Below, one piece after another: positions 12,262 to 21,599 of a DNA stretch of 64,000 nt. This stretch comes from Anaerolineae bacterium (GTDB taxonomy: Bacteria; Chloroflexota; Anaerolineae; Epilineales; JAHCIE01). The stretch covers positions 25,552 through 89,551 of the forward strand of contig JAXLWJ010000010.1 in assembly GCA_046328535.1 (NCBI GenBank). Direction: 5' to 3'. A program made the position numbers and the translations under genes. The notes beneath the pieces are model-generated. The model was given only the letters and a program-made list of their open reading frames with translations, ran no database searches and was not told the origin of the DNA. How positions within the stretch are numbered: position 1 is the stretch's first letter; every line of letters begins with the position of its first letter.

Positions 12262-12334
12262 AACGCAAAGACGCAAAGACGCGAAGGGAGAAAGATAGAA
12301 GTCTCTTCCCTTTGCGCCTCTGCGCCTTTGCGTT
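12262..12334. repeat. Imperfect ~30-bp-stem palindrome built from acgcaaag-type repeats (purine-rich arm / pyrimidine-rich arm)
   Basis: Left arm aacgcaaagacgcaaagacgcgaagggagaaag, loop, right arm ctcttccctttgcgcctctgcgcctttgcgtt. Lies 56 nt after the ACAD stop. Confidence 0.7.
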
Positions 12335-12402
12335 GCCAGCCTCTGGGAACGCCCGCTTGCGACGCGACATGCCACTGTGCAAGCTGTGAGGGGAGGGTCG
12401 GA

Positions 12403-13185
12403 GTGCTCTTGCGCGATAAGGCGGTGGTAATTACCGGCGGGGGAAACGGCATCGGCGCAGCGCTGTGTCGCCGTTTCGCCGCCGAGGCGCCGCGCGGCAT
12501 CGTCGTCGCCGACGTGGACGCGGCCGCCGCCGAGAGCGTGGCGGCCGAGGTCGGCGGGCTGGCGGTTCCGACGGATGTGAGCGTCGAGGCCGAGGTCACG
12601 CGCTTCGTCGCGCGCGCCAACGCCGCCTTCGGCCCCATTGACCTGTTCTGCTCCAACGCGGGCATCTTTGGGGACGAGGGCGGGCCAGAAGTACCGAATG
12701 CCACCTGGCAGCGCATCTGGGATATCAACGTCATGGCCCATGTCTACGCCGCCCGCGCCGTTCTCCCGCAGATGCTGGCGCGCGGCCACGGCTACCTGCT
12801 CAACACGGCGTCGGCGGCCGGTCTGCTGACCATGCTCGGCGCCGCGGCCTACACCGCGACCAAGCACGCCGCCGTCGGCTTCGCCGAGTGGCTGTCCATC
12901 ACCTACGGCGACCGGGGCATCAAGGTGTCCTGCCTCTGCCCGCAAGGGGTACGGACGCGGATGCTGCTGGGCGAGGATGGGACGCAGGAGAGCTTCCTGC
13001 TACCAACGGCGCTGACGGCGGAGCAGGTCGCGGACGCGGTTGTAGACGGGCTGGCGCAGGAGCAATTCCTGATCTTGCCGCACCCGGAAGTCGCCACCTA
13101 CTTCCGCCACAAGGCCGACGACTACGAGCGATGGCTGCGGGGGATGCGGCGGCTGAACGCCGAGATTTTCAGCGGTGAGGCATGA
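12403..13185 (+). CDS. Short-chain dehydrogenase/reductase (SDR)
   Basis: [14 protein letters not shown] cofactor motif and YTATKHA catalytic motif. GTG 12403 follows GAGGGGAGGG. The ORF-track start 12328 runs through the palindrome. Confidence 0.8.
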   Translation: MLLRDKAVVITGGGNGIGAALCRRFAAEAPRGIVVADVDAAAAESVAAEVGGLAVPTDVSVEAEVTRFVARANAAFGPIDLFCSNAGIFGDEGGPEVPNATWQRIWDINVMAHVYAARAVLPQMLARGHGYLLNTASAAGLLTMLGAAAYTATKHAAVGFAEWLSITYGDRGIKVSCLCPQGVRTRMLLGEDGTQESFLLPTALTAEQVADAVVDGLAQEQFLILPHPEVATYFRHKADDYERWLRGMRRLNAEIFSGEA

Positions 13186-14003
13186 GCATGAACGACCGAC
13201 ACATCGAGCTGCGCGGGCTGCGCTTCCACTACCGCGAGGCCGGCGATCCGACGGCCCCGGCGATTGTCTTCCTGCACGGCCTGGCGTCCCAGGGCCGCTC
13301 GTGGGATACGGTCGCCGAGGCCTTGCTGGATCGCTACCGCACCCTCGCGCTCGATCAGCGCGGCCACGGCGAGACCGACTGGGCCGACGACTACTCGGCC
13401 GAGGCGATGGTCGCGGATGTGGCCGCGTTTGTGGACGCGCTCGGCCTTGATACGTTCACCCTGGTCGGCTTCTCGATGGGTGGGCGCAACGCCTACATGT
13501 ATGCGGCGGGGCATCTAGAGCGCATCGAGAAGCTGGTCATCATGGACATCGGGCCAGAGCTGATGCCCGTCGGCACGGACCGCGTGCGCGCGGCGGTCCA
13601 AGCGCCTGACGTGTTCGAGGACCCCGAGCACGCCTTCCGCCTGACCCGCCTCGGCAACCCGCGCCCGCCGGACGATGTCCTGCGCGCGCGCGTCTACCAC
13701 AACCTGGTCCAGCGCGAGGACGGCCTGTGGACGTGGCGCTACGACAGGGCGTTCCGCGCGCCCGACCGTCCGCTGCCGCGCCCTGACCCGGTCCAGGGGT
13801 GGGCGATGCTGCGCGCCATCACTGCGCCGACGCTGGTCATCCGCGCCCAGGCGAGCGACGTGTTGGCGCGGGATACGGCCGAGCGCATGGCCCGCGAGTT
13901 GCCCCACGGGCGGCTGGTGGAGATACCGTACAGCGGCCACAACATCGCGCTGGACAACCCCGACGCGCTCATCGCGGCGCTGCGCGAGTTCCTGTGTGGA
14001 TAG
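13182..14003 (+). CDS. Alpha/beta-fold hydrolase
   Basis: VFLHGLAS oxyanion region and GFSMGG nucleophile elbow. ATGA overlap with the SDR stop. Confidence 0.85.
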   Translation: MSMNDRHIELRGLRFHYREAGDPTAPAIVFLHGLASQGRSWDTVAEALLDRYRTLALDQRGHGETDWADDYSAEAMVADVAAFVDALGLDTFTLVGFSMGGRNAYMYAAGHLERIEKLVIMDIGPELMPVGTDRVRAAVQAPDVFEDPEHAFRLTRLGNPRPPDDVLRARVYHNLVQREDGLWTWRYDRAFRAPDRPLPRPDPVQGWAMLRAITAPTLVIRAQASDVLARDTAERMARELPHGRLVEIPYSGHNIALDNPDALIAALREFLCG

Positions 14004-14026
14004 AACAGCGACCCAGGAGGGTGAAA

Positions 14027-15244
14027 GTGGATCTACATCTATCGCCTGAGGATGCGGCATTCCGCGAGCATGTCCGGGCCTGGCTGGCCGAGAACCTGCC
14101 GCGCCACGAGCTGGTCACGCTGGACGAGCGCGTCGCCTGGCAGCGCAAGCTCTATGAGGCCGGGTTCATCGGCATGGGGTGGCCGAAGGAGTACGGCGGC
14201 GCCGGCGCCCGCCCCATGGAGCAGGCCATCGTCGCCGCCGAGATGGCGCACGTCAACGCGCCGGGGCCGGTCAACCACCTGGGCCTCAACTTCATCGGCC
14301 CGACCCTCATCGTCCACGGCACGCCGGCGCAGAAAGCGGCGCACTTACAGAAGATTCTGAGCGCCGAGGAAATCTGGTGCCAGCTCTACTCCGAGCCGAA
14401 CGCCGGCTCGGACCTGGCGAGCCTGCGCACCAGCGCGGTGGACGCGGGCGACCACTGGATTGTCAACGGGCAGAAAGTCTGGACGACCAACGGCCCCATC
14501 TCCCACTGGGCCATCCTGCTGGCCCGCACCGACCCGAATGCCCCCAAGCACAAGGGCATCACGTGTTTCCTCATTAACATGCGCCAACCCGGCGTCGTCG
14601 TGCGACCGCTCAAGCAGCTGACCGGCGGCTCCGAGTTCAGCGAGGTGTTCATGACGGACGCCCGCGTCGAGAAGGCCGACATCATCGGCGAGGTCAACCA
14701 CGGCTGGGAGATCGCCCAGACGACACTGGGTTTCGAGCGCGGCGGCAGCATGCTAACGCGCTTCGCCGTGTACTCCGGCTCCCTGGAGCGCCTGGTGCAG
14801 GTGTGCAAGAGCCTGAAGCGCAACGGGGCGACGGAGTGGGACGACCCGGTCACCCGCCAGAAGATCGGCCAGGCGTTCGCCGAGCTGGAGGTGCTGCGCT
14901 ACATCGGCCTGCGCATCCTGTCGGGCGTGGAGAAGGGACACAACCCGGGGCCAGAGTCGGCGGTCGCCAAGCTCTACTACAGCGAGTTCGACAAGCGCTA
15001 CCACGAGCTTGTCATGTCCATCCTCGGCCCGTATGGGCTGCTGCTGGAGGGGACGCCGGCCGCGCTTGAGAAGGGGATGGGCGGCGACGCCGAAAGCCAC
15101 CCGAGTTGGGCGCACGACTTCCTGTGGTCCCGCGCCCCGACCATCTTCGCCGGCACGTCGGAGATTCAGCGAAACATCATCGGCGACCGCGTCCTGGGGC
15201 TGCCGAAGGAAGTCCGCGCCGACCGCCTCAAGGCCAGGGCGTAG
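14027..15244 (+). CDS. Acyl-CoA dehydrogenase, FadE-type large (alpha-like) subunit
   Basis: WCQLYSEPNAGSDLASLRT...WIVNGQKVWTTNG...FAGTSEIQRNIIGDRVLGLPKE. GTG start 14027 (or 14021) follows AGGAGGG. The 13799 extension overlaps the hydrolase. Confidence 0.85.
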   Translation: MDLHLSPEDAAFREHVRAWLAENLPRHELVTLDERVAWQRKLYEAGFIGMGWPKEYGGAGARPMEQAIVAAEMAHVNAPGPVNHLGLNFIGPTLIVHGTPAQKAAHLQKILSAEEIWCQLYSEPNAGSDLASLRTSAVDAGDHWIVNGQKVWTTNGPISHWAILLARTDPNAPKHKGITCFLINMRQPGVVVRPLKQLTGGSEFSEVFMTDARVEKADIIGEVNHGWEIAQTTLGFERGGSMLTRFAVYSGSLERLVQVCKSLKRNGATEWDDPVTRQKIGQAFAELEVLRYIGLRILSGVEKGHNPGPESAVAKLYYSEFDKRYHELVMSILGPYGLLLEGTPAALEKGMGGDAESHPSWAHDFLWSRAPTIFAGTSEIQRNIIGDRVLGLPKEVRADRLKARA

Positions 15245-15256
15245 GGGGAGCGAGCA

Positions 15257-16393
15257 ATGGATTTCGATTTCAGCCCCGAGCAAATGATGCTCCGCGACCA
15301 GGCGCGCGACTTCCTGGTCAACGAATGTCCCAGCGCCCTGGTGCGTCAAATGATGGACGACGAGCGCGGCCACAGCCCGGCGCTGTGGCGGCAGATGGCC
15401 GACCTGGGCCTGCTATCCGTGGCGATTCCGGAGGAGTACGGCGGTCTCGGCATGGGCATGGTCGAGCACGCCCTGATCCTGGAGCAGATGGGGCGCACCC
15501 TCTGCCCCGGCCCCTACTTCGCCACGACGGTCTTGACGGCGACGGCAATCCTCGCCGGCGGCACGGCGGCGCAGAAGCAGCAATATCTCTCCGCCATCGC
15601 GGCCGGCGATCTGATCGGGACGGTGGCGCTGCTGGAGGATGAGATCGCGTGGGACGCGAGCGGCGTCCACGCGCAAGCCACGCCCGTCGCGGGCGGCTAC
15701 CGCCTGAACGGTCTCAAGCGCCTGGTTCCCTTCGCCAAAGTCGCCGATTTCGTCATCGTTCCGGCGCGCATCGGCGGCCCCGACGGCGACGTCTCCCTGT
15801 TCCTGGTGGACCGCGCCACGGACGGCGTGACCGTCACGCCCCTCGTGAGCCTCGACATGACTGAGAAAGTTTCCCAGATCGAGCTGACGGACGCGATGGT
15901 TCCGGCGGCGTGCGTCCTGGGGCAGCCTGGCAACGGCGCGGCCGTGTTCGACGCGGTGGTGCAGCGCGCCGCCGTCGCCGCCGCCGCCGAGATGGTCGGC
16001 GCGGCGCGGGCCAGCCTGGACATGTCGGTCGAGTACGCCAAGACGCGCGAGCAATTCGGCCAGCCCATCGGCAGCTTCCAGGCGGTGAAGCACAGGCTCG
16101 CCGACATGCTGGTGGACGCCGAGGCCGCTTTCGCCGCGACGTACTACGCGGCGTGGGCGCAGGACGACCACGGCGACGAGGCGCAGGTGGCGGCCCACGT
16201 CGCCAAAGCGTACACCAACGAGGCGGCGCGCAAGATCTGCGGCGACGCCATCCAGGTCCACGGCGGCATCGGCTTCACCTGGGAGTACGACCTGCACCTG
16301 TACTTCAAGCGCGCGAAGCACTACGAGGCGCTCTACGGCGACACGCAGTTCCACCGCGAGAAGCTCGCCCAGCACGCCGGCGCCGCGCACTAA
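15257..16393 (+). CDS. Acyl-CoA dehydrogenase family protein, beta-like partner subunit
   Basis: 378 aa with ...SFQAVKHRLADM...IQVHGGIGFTWEYDLHLYFKRAK. Starts 12 nt after the preceding ACAD. Confidence 0.8.
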   Translation: MDFDFSPEQMMLRDQARDFLVNECPSALVRQMMDDERGHSPALWRQMADLGLLSVAIPEEYGGLGMGMVEHALILEQMGRTLCPGPYFATTVLTATAILAGGTAAQKQQYLSAIAAGDLIGTVALLEDEIAWDASGVHAQATPVAGGYRLNGLKRLVPFAKVADFVIVPARIGGPDGDVSLFLVDRATDGVTVTPLVSLDMTEKVSQIELTDAMVPAACVLGQPGNGAAVFDAVVQRAAVAAAAEMVGAARASLDMSVEYAKTREQFGQPIGSFQAVKHRLADMLVDAEAAFAATYYAAWAQDDHGDEAQVAAHVAKAYTNEAARKICGDAIQVHGGIGFTWEYDLHLYFKRAKHYEALYGDTQFHREKLAQHAGAAH

Positions 16394-16434
16394 TTCGGCA
16401 CACGACGAACGACCCGCCCGCGGCAGAAGAGGAC

Positions 16435-16510
16435 GCCACAGAGACACAGAGCGCGCGGAGAGCAGATGTATTCACCTGTCCTTCCGCTGTGTCCTCTGTG
16501 CCGCTGTGGC
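16435..16510. repeat. Imperfect palindrome built from cacagag-type repeats
   Basis: Left arm gccacagagacacagagcgcgcggagagcag, right arm ctgtccttccgctgtgtcctctgtgccgctgtggc. Lies 42 nt after the ACAD stop. Confidence 0.65.
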
Positions 16511-16546
16511 AATATTCTGGTGCGGGTTGCGAAGGGACTAGCAAGC

Positions 16547-17023
16547 ATGGATAACACTGAAGTCACCAGCATCGAGCAACTGAAGGGGTATATCGGGCAG
16601 GAGATTGCCGTCAGCCCGTGGGTACTCGTCACGCAAGAGATGGTGGACGCCTTCGCAGACGCGACCGGCGACCACCAGTTCATCCACGTGGACCCGGAGC
16701 GGGCGAAGCAAACCATGTTCGGCGGAACGGTCGCTCACGGCTTCTTCACCCTGTCCATGCTGGCCGGGTTCCTGCGCCAGCAGGAGTCGGGGCTGCGCCT
16801 CAACCTGCCGGTGCGCGTCAGCGTCAACTACGGCCTCAACCGCGTCCGCTTCCCGTCGCCGGTACCCGTCGGCAAACGCATCCGCAACCACACGAGCCTG
16901 CTCGCCATCGAGGAGGACCCGAAGGGCCAGTGGGTGCAGATTACGCGCGGGCAAACCGTCGAGATCGAGGGCAGCGACAAGCCGGGCCTGGTCGCCGAGT
17001 GGCTCGGCCGCTTCTACTTCTGA
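16547..17023 (+). CDS. MaoC-family (R)-specific enoyl-CoA hydratase / dehydratase
   Basis: DAFADATGDHQFIHVDPERAK...GGTVAHGF hot-dog hydratase motif. ATG 16547 is chosen because the 16466 extension lies in the palindrome. Confidence 0.8.
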   Translation: MDNTEVTSIEQLKGYIGQEIAVSPWVLVTQEMVDAFADATGDHQFIHVDPERAKQTMFGGTVAHGFFTLSMLAGFLRQQESGLRLNLPVRVSVNYGLNRVRFPSPVPVGKRIRNHTSLLAIEEDPKGQWVQITRGQTVEIEGSDKPGLVAEWLGRFYF

Positions 17024-17036
17024 GCGCGAGGGGCAC

Positions 17037-18068
17037 ATGGGGAGACTAGATGGACGGGCGGCGGTGGTCACCGGCGCGGGCGGCGGCATCGGGCGCGGCA
17101 TTGCCAGGCTCTTGGCGCGCGAGGGCGCGAGCGTCGTCGTGAACGACCTGGGCGCGAGCCTCGGTGGGAGCGGAACCGACACTCGCGCCGCGCAGGTGGT
17201 GGTGGACGAGATCACGGCCGAGGGTGGCCGCGCCGTCGCCAACTACGGCTCGGTGGCCGACTTTGCCCAGGCGGGCGCGATGATCGAGCAGTGCCTGGCT
17301 TCGTTTGGCCGCGTGGATATCCTGGTCAACGTGGCGGGCATCCTGCGCGACCGCATGATCTTCAACATGACCGAGGCCGAGTGGGACGCCGTCCTGGCCG
17401 TCCACCTCAAAGGCACGTTCAACACGATCCGCCACGCGGTCGGGCCGATGCGAGCGCAGGGGTACGGGCGCATCGTCAACTTCTCGTCCATCTCGGCCTG
17501 GGGTAACCCCGGCCAGCCCAACTATGCCGCCGCGAAGTACGGCATCCTGGGCCTGACGCTGGCGTGCGCCAATAGCCTGGCCGACGAGGGCATCACCGCC
17601 AACGCCATCGTTCCCGGTTTCGTCGCCACCCGCATGACGGACTCGACGCCGCGCGGCCGCCAGGTGCTGGAGGAGACGGGCAAGCCGCTGAGCGAGGTCT
17701 CCAAAGGCTCGGAGTTCGACCCCGACAACCTGGCCCCTATCGTCGCCTATCTCGCCACGGACCAGGCGGCGTATCTCAACGGCTGTTTCATTGGCATTCA
17801 GGGCTACGCGCTGCACCTCTACTCCCAGGTCGAGGCGGTGCGCGTCCTGCAAAGCGAGCCGCCCCTCGCGCCGGAGACGCTGGCGTCCCTCGCTGGCGCG
17901 ACGCTGGCCGCGGGCCTGCCGCCGCCGCCACTGCCGCCGGACCCGACGAAGGAGCGCCCGAAGACGCGCACCGCGGCCTTGCAGGAGGATGCCAGCGCGT
18001 GGCGCGACGTGGCGCCGGGCATCACGTCCTGGCTGTGGCCGGACTACTTCGAGACGAGGAGGGCGTGA
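17037..18068 (+). CDS. SDR-family oxidoreductase with ~90-aa Pro-rich C-terminal extension
   Basis: AVVTGAGGGIGRGIA cofactor motif, NFSS...NYAAAKYG catalytic motifs, and tail ...LPPPPLPPDP...ASAWRDVAPGITSWLWPDYF. Confidence 0.8.
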   Translation: MGRLDGRAAVVTGAGGGIGRGIARLLAREGASVVVNDLGASLGGSGTDTRAAQVVVDEITAEGGRAVANYGSVADFAQAGAMIEQCLASFGRVDILVNVAGILRDRMIFNMTEAEWDAVLAVHLKGTFNTIRHAVGPMRAQGYGRIVNFSSISAWGNPGQPNYAAAKYGILGLTLACANSLADEGITANAIVPGFVATRMTDSTPRGRQVLEETGKPLSEVSKGSEFDPDNLAPIVAYLATDQAAYLNGCFIGIQGYALHLYSQVEAVRVLQSEPPLAPETLASLAGATLAAGLPPPPLPPDPTKERPKTRTAALQEDASAWRDVAPGITSWLWPDYFETRRA

Positions 18069-18070
18069 CG

Positions 18071-18982
18071 ATGGCGCTTCTAGATGGCAAGGCGGCGCTG
18101 GTCATCCACGCCGGGCGTCCGGTCGGCCGACACATATCCCAAACCCTTGCCGCGCAGGGCGCGCGGGTCCTGGCGGCGTGCATCGGCGAGGGAGCGCGGA
18201 AGACGGCGGACACAATCTGCGCCGGCGGGCAGCACGCGATCTCTTTCGTCGGCGAGCTTGCCGATTACAACACGATGGCCGTCGTCGTGGGGATGGCCTA
18301 CGACACGTTCGGGCGGCTAGATATCCTCGTCAACGCGCCCGGCATTCGCAGCGAGACGCCCCTGTTCGAGCTATCCGAGGCCGAGTTCGACACGATGATG
18401 GCGGCCGACCTAAAGACGGCGTTCAACTCATCGAGCCTGGTCACGAAGCGTTTTCGGGAGCAGAAGAGCGGGCGCATCATCAACGTCACGTCGCTGGCGG
18501 CGTTCGGCCTGCCCGACCGGCCGGATGCGCCGACGAAGGCCGGCCTGCTCGGCCTCACCTGGACGACGGCCAACAGCATGCGGGCGTCGAACGTCACGGC
18601 CAACGTTGTCGTCGGCGACCACGAGCTGGCGCCGGGCCGCGATGGGGCGAGCCTCGGTCCCCTCGTGGCTTACCTTGCCAGCGACGGGGCGCAGGATGTG
18701 AGCGGCCAGCTTCTCGGCGTCACGGATGGCGCCCACTACTTGCTGTCGCAGCCGAAGATCATCCGCACGGTGCGCGCGGAGAGCGGCTGGACGGTAGACG
18801 CCCTGGCCGACGTGTTGCCCGCGACGTTTGGCGCGCCGCTGCCGGTCCGCGCCGACGCGAACCTGGGCTTGCGGGCCGGGCTGGTCACCCACGCCGACCT
18901 GCCGCCCGCCGCGTGGCGCGAGGTCGCGCCGGGTGTGCGCTTCTGGAGCGTCCCCCTGCCGCCGTACAGCGAACTGCGGTAA
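18071..18982 (+). CDS. Degenerate SDR paralogue (predicted non-catalytic partner)
   Basis: Clear paralogue of 17037-18068 (GRLDILVNAPGI..., ...TKAGLLGLT). The Gly motif is replaced by ALVIHAGRPVGRHI and the catalytic Tyr position reads PDAPTK. Shares the tail motif AAWREVAPGVRFW. Confidence 0.7.
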   Translation: MALLDGKAALVIHAGRPVGRHISQTLAAQGARVLAACIGEGARKTADTICAGGQHAISFVGELADYNTMAVVVGMAYDTFGRLDILVNAPGIRSETPLFELSEAEFDTMMAADLKTAFNSSSLVTKRFREQKSGRIINVTSLAAFGLPDRPDAPTKAGLLGLTWTTANSMRASNVTANVVVGDHELAPGRDGASLGPLVAYLASDGAQDVSGQLLGVTDGAHYLLSQPKIIRTVRAESGWTVDALADVLPATFGAPLPVRADANLGLRAGLVTHADLPPAAWREVAPGVRFWSVPLPPYSELR

Positions 18983-19500
18983 GGGCGAAGAAGTCGGCGC
19001 TACAAACATCGGTTGAGCATAGACCTCGACTGGGCGCACTTCGCCGAGCGCGCTCCTTCCCGAACCCGGCCATTAAGCCCGCCAGCCCCGATGAGACTGC
19101 CCCGGTAACCCGGTGGGCAAGTAGGGCGTGGCTCAAGACGCGAAAGGGTTGTGCGCCAGCGAGGTGTTCGCCGCCTAGCCACCTCTTTTGTCGCGCCTTT
19201 CCCCCCTTTCGTGTCCTTCGCGGTCCAAACCCCCCACCTGCACCATCGTCTAGTCACGGCGCTCTGCGGTGGCGAGTCCCCTCTCCCATCGGGTAGCCGC
19301 GGCCATTCGACTGGCGGTTCGATTTCCCTACCTTTGGCTCTTCCCTTTGGGCGCGTCTCGTGGTATTCTAAGAACGGCGCGGGCCGCGTCGCCAGTGGCC
19401 CAGGATTTGCAGCGCGATTCCACGCTCCGCCGCCGGCGTTCACCGCATACGCAAGGCCCTCAGGCTTTGCTTCAATATTCAAAGGGCAGGGAATGTGCCT

Positions 19501-21528
19501 ATGTTGACAAATCAAGACGTCTCCCAAGAAGTGTCCACCTCGCCCCTCCGCATGTTCGCCAACGCCATTCGCGTCCTCTCGATGGACGGCGTGCAGAAGG
19601 CGAACTCCGGCCACCCCGGCATGCCCCTGGGCATGGCGGACGCCGCGGCCGTGCTGTGGTCGCAATTCCTCAAATTCAACCCCAAAAACCCCAACTGGCC
19701 CGACCGTGACCGCTTCATTCTCTCGGCGGGCCACGGCAGCATGCTCCTCTACTCGCTGCTCTACCTGACCGGCTACGATCTGCCCCTGGAAGAGTTGAAG
19801 AACTTCCGCCAGTGGGGCAGCCGCACAGCGGGCCACCCGGAGCACGGCGTGGCCCCCGGCGTCGAGACGACCACCGGCCCCCTGGGCCAGGGCATCAGCA
19901 ACGCCGTCGGGTTCGCCCTGGCCGAGCGGTGGCTGGCCGCGCAGTTCAACCGCGAGGACTTCGATGTCGTCAACCACCGCACCTACGTTATCTGCGGCGA
20001 TGGCGACCTGGAGGAGGGTGTCTCCCACGAGGCGTGCTCCCTGGCCGGACACCTGGGCCTCGGCAAGCTCATCGTCCTTTACGACGACAACCACATCTCC
20101 ATTGACGGCCCCACGTCCCTCTCGTTCAGCGAGGACGTCCTGAAGCGGTTCGACGCCTACGGCTGGCACACCCAGCGTGTGGACGGCCAGGATGCAGCAG
20201 CTGTGGCGGCGGCCCTCCAGGTGGCCGAGGCGGAGACGCATCGGCCGTCCATCATCGCCTGCCGCACGACGATTGCCTATGGCAGCCCTAACAAGGCGGG
20301 CAGCGAGAAGGCGCACGGCGAGCCGCTGGGCGCGGAAGAGGTCAAGCTCACGAAAGAGAACCTCGGCTGGCCGTCGCAGGAGCCGTTCTACGTCCCCGAC
20401 GCCGTCCTGCAGTACACGCGGCAGATCGGCGCGAAGAGTGGCGAGCGCGAGGCCGAGTGGAACAAGATGATGGACGCCTATGCGGCGGCGCACCCTGACC
20501 TGGCGGCGCAGTTCCAGGGGTGGATGCGCGGCGAACTGCCGGTGGGCTGGAGCGATAACTTGCCGACGTTCCCGACCGACAAACCGTTGGCGACGCGCGC
20601 CGCGTCGGGCGCTATCCTCAACGAGATGTGGCAGCGCATCCCCAACCTCATCGGCGGCTCGGCCGACCTGACGCCGTCGAACAACACGCTGGCGAAGGGC
20701 GGCCAGTCCATCACGGCCGACGACTACTCCGGCCGCTACATCCGCTTCGGCGTCCGCGAGCACGGCATGGGCGCGATCCTCAACGGTCTCGTCCTGCACG
20801 GCGGCATCCGCGCCTATGGCGGCACGTTCCTCGTCTTCTCCGACTACATGCGCCCGCCCATCCGCCTGGCCGCGCTGATGGATGCGCCGTCCATCTTCGT
20901 CTTTACCCACGACAGCATCGGCCTGGGCGAGGACGGCCCGACGCACCAGCCGGTCGAACATCTCGCCGCACTGCGCGCTATCCCCGGCCTGTTCGTCATT
21001 CGCCCGTCGGACGCGAACGAGACGGCCTACGCGTGGCAGGTGGCGCTGGGTAACGGCCAGAACCCGACGGCGCTCATTCTCACCCGCCAGGCGCTGCCGG
21101 TCTTCGACCGCCAGCAGGTCGCGCCCGCCGATGGCCTGCTCAAGGGCGGCTACGTCCTCGCGGATGTCGAGAACCCGCAAGTCATTCTCATCGGCACTGG
21201 CTCCGAGGTGCAGCTCGCCCTGGGCGCGCAGCAGCAGCTTGCCGAGGCCGGCATTCGCGCCCGCGTCGTGGCGATGCCCTGCACCGAGCTGTTCGACCGG
21301 CAGCCGCTCGAGTACAGGGAGAGCGTCCTGCCGAAGAGCATTCGCGCCCGCGTCGCCGTCGAAGCGGGTATCACCCGCGATTGGTGGCCCTATGTTGGGC
21401 TGGATGGCGCGGTGGTCGGCCTGGATCACTTCGGCGCGTCAGCGCCCTACCAGACCATCTTCAAGGAGTTCGGCATCACGGCGGAGGCTGTGACTGCCGC
21501 CGCGATGCAGGTTCTCGGCCAGGCATAA
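19501..21528 (+). CDS. tkt: Transketolase
   Basis: [29 protein letters not shown] and [28 protein letters not shown] motifs. An alternative GTG start is at 19495. Confidence 0.93.
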   Translation: MLTNQDVSQEVSTSPLRMFANAIRVLSMDGVQKANSGHPGMPLGMADAAAVLWSQFLKFNPKNPNWPDRDRFILSAGHGSMLLYSLLYLTGYDLPLEELKNFRQWGSRTAGHPEHGVAPGVETTTGPLGQGISNAVGFALAERWLAAQFNREDFDVVNHRTYVICGDGDLEEGVSHEACSLAGHLGLGKLIVLYDDNHISIDGPTSLSFSEDVLKRFDAYGWHTQRVDGQDAAAVAAALQVAEAETHRPSIIACRTTIAYGSPNKAGSEKAHGEPLGAEEVKLTKENLGWPSQEPFYVPDAVLQYTRQIGAKSGEREAEWNKMMDAYAAAHPDLAAQFQGWMRGELPVGWSDNLPTFPTDKPLATRAASGAILNEMWQRIPNLIGGSADLTPSNNTLAKGGQSITADDYSGRYIRFGVREHGMGAILNGLVLHGGIRAYGGTFLVFSDYMRPPIRLAALMDAPSIFVFTHDSIGLGEDGPTHQPVEHLAALRAIPGLFVIRPSDANETAYAWQVALGNGQNPTALILTRQALPVFDRQQVAPADGLLKGGYVLADVENPQVILIGTGSEVQLALGAQQQLAEAGIRARVVAMPCTELFDRQPLEYRESVLPKSIRARVAVEAGITRDWWPYVGLDGAVVGLDHFGASAPYQTIFKEFGITAEAVTAAAMQVLGQA

Positions 21529-21599
21529 CCGCGACACGAGCAAAGGAGAAGGGCGCGGTCATCGCGCCCTTCTGCTAAATCCCCTCCCGAGAGACAGCT

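Noticed and set aside
12328-12402. N-terminal extensions of the SDR (12328) and MaoC (16466) ORFs
   Set aside because: Both extensions translate palindromic repeat DNA into Cys/Leu/Pro-rich strings. Internal starts with ribosome-binding sites give normal family N-termini.
19295-19335. tRNA/tmRNA-like T-arm string ggcggttcgatttcc
   Set aside because: The flanks do not pair into a T-stem (ggcgg versus tccct). No acceptor stem, anticodon arm or CCA context could be found on either strand.
19000-21429. 809-aa minus-strand ORF
   Set aside because: Antisense to transketolase. Its 3-prime end runs through non-coding repeat-containing DNA.
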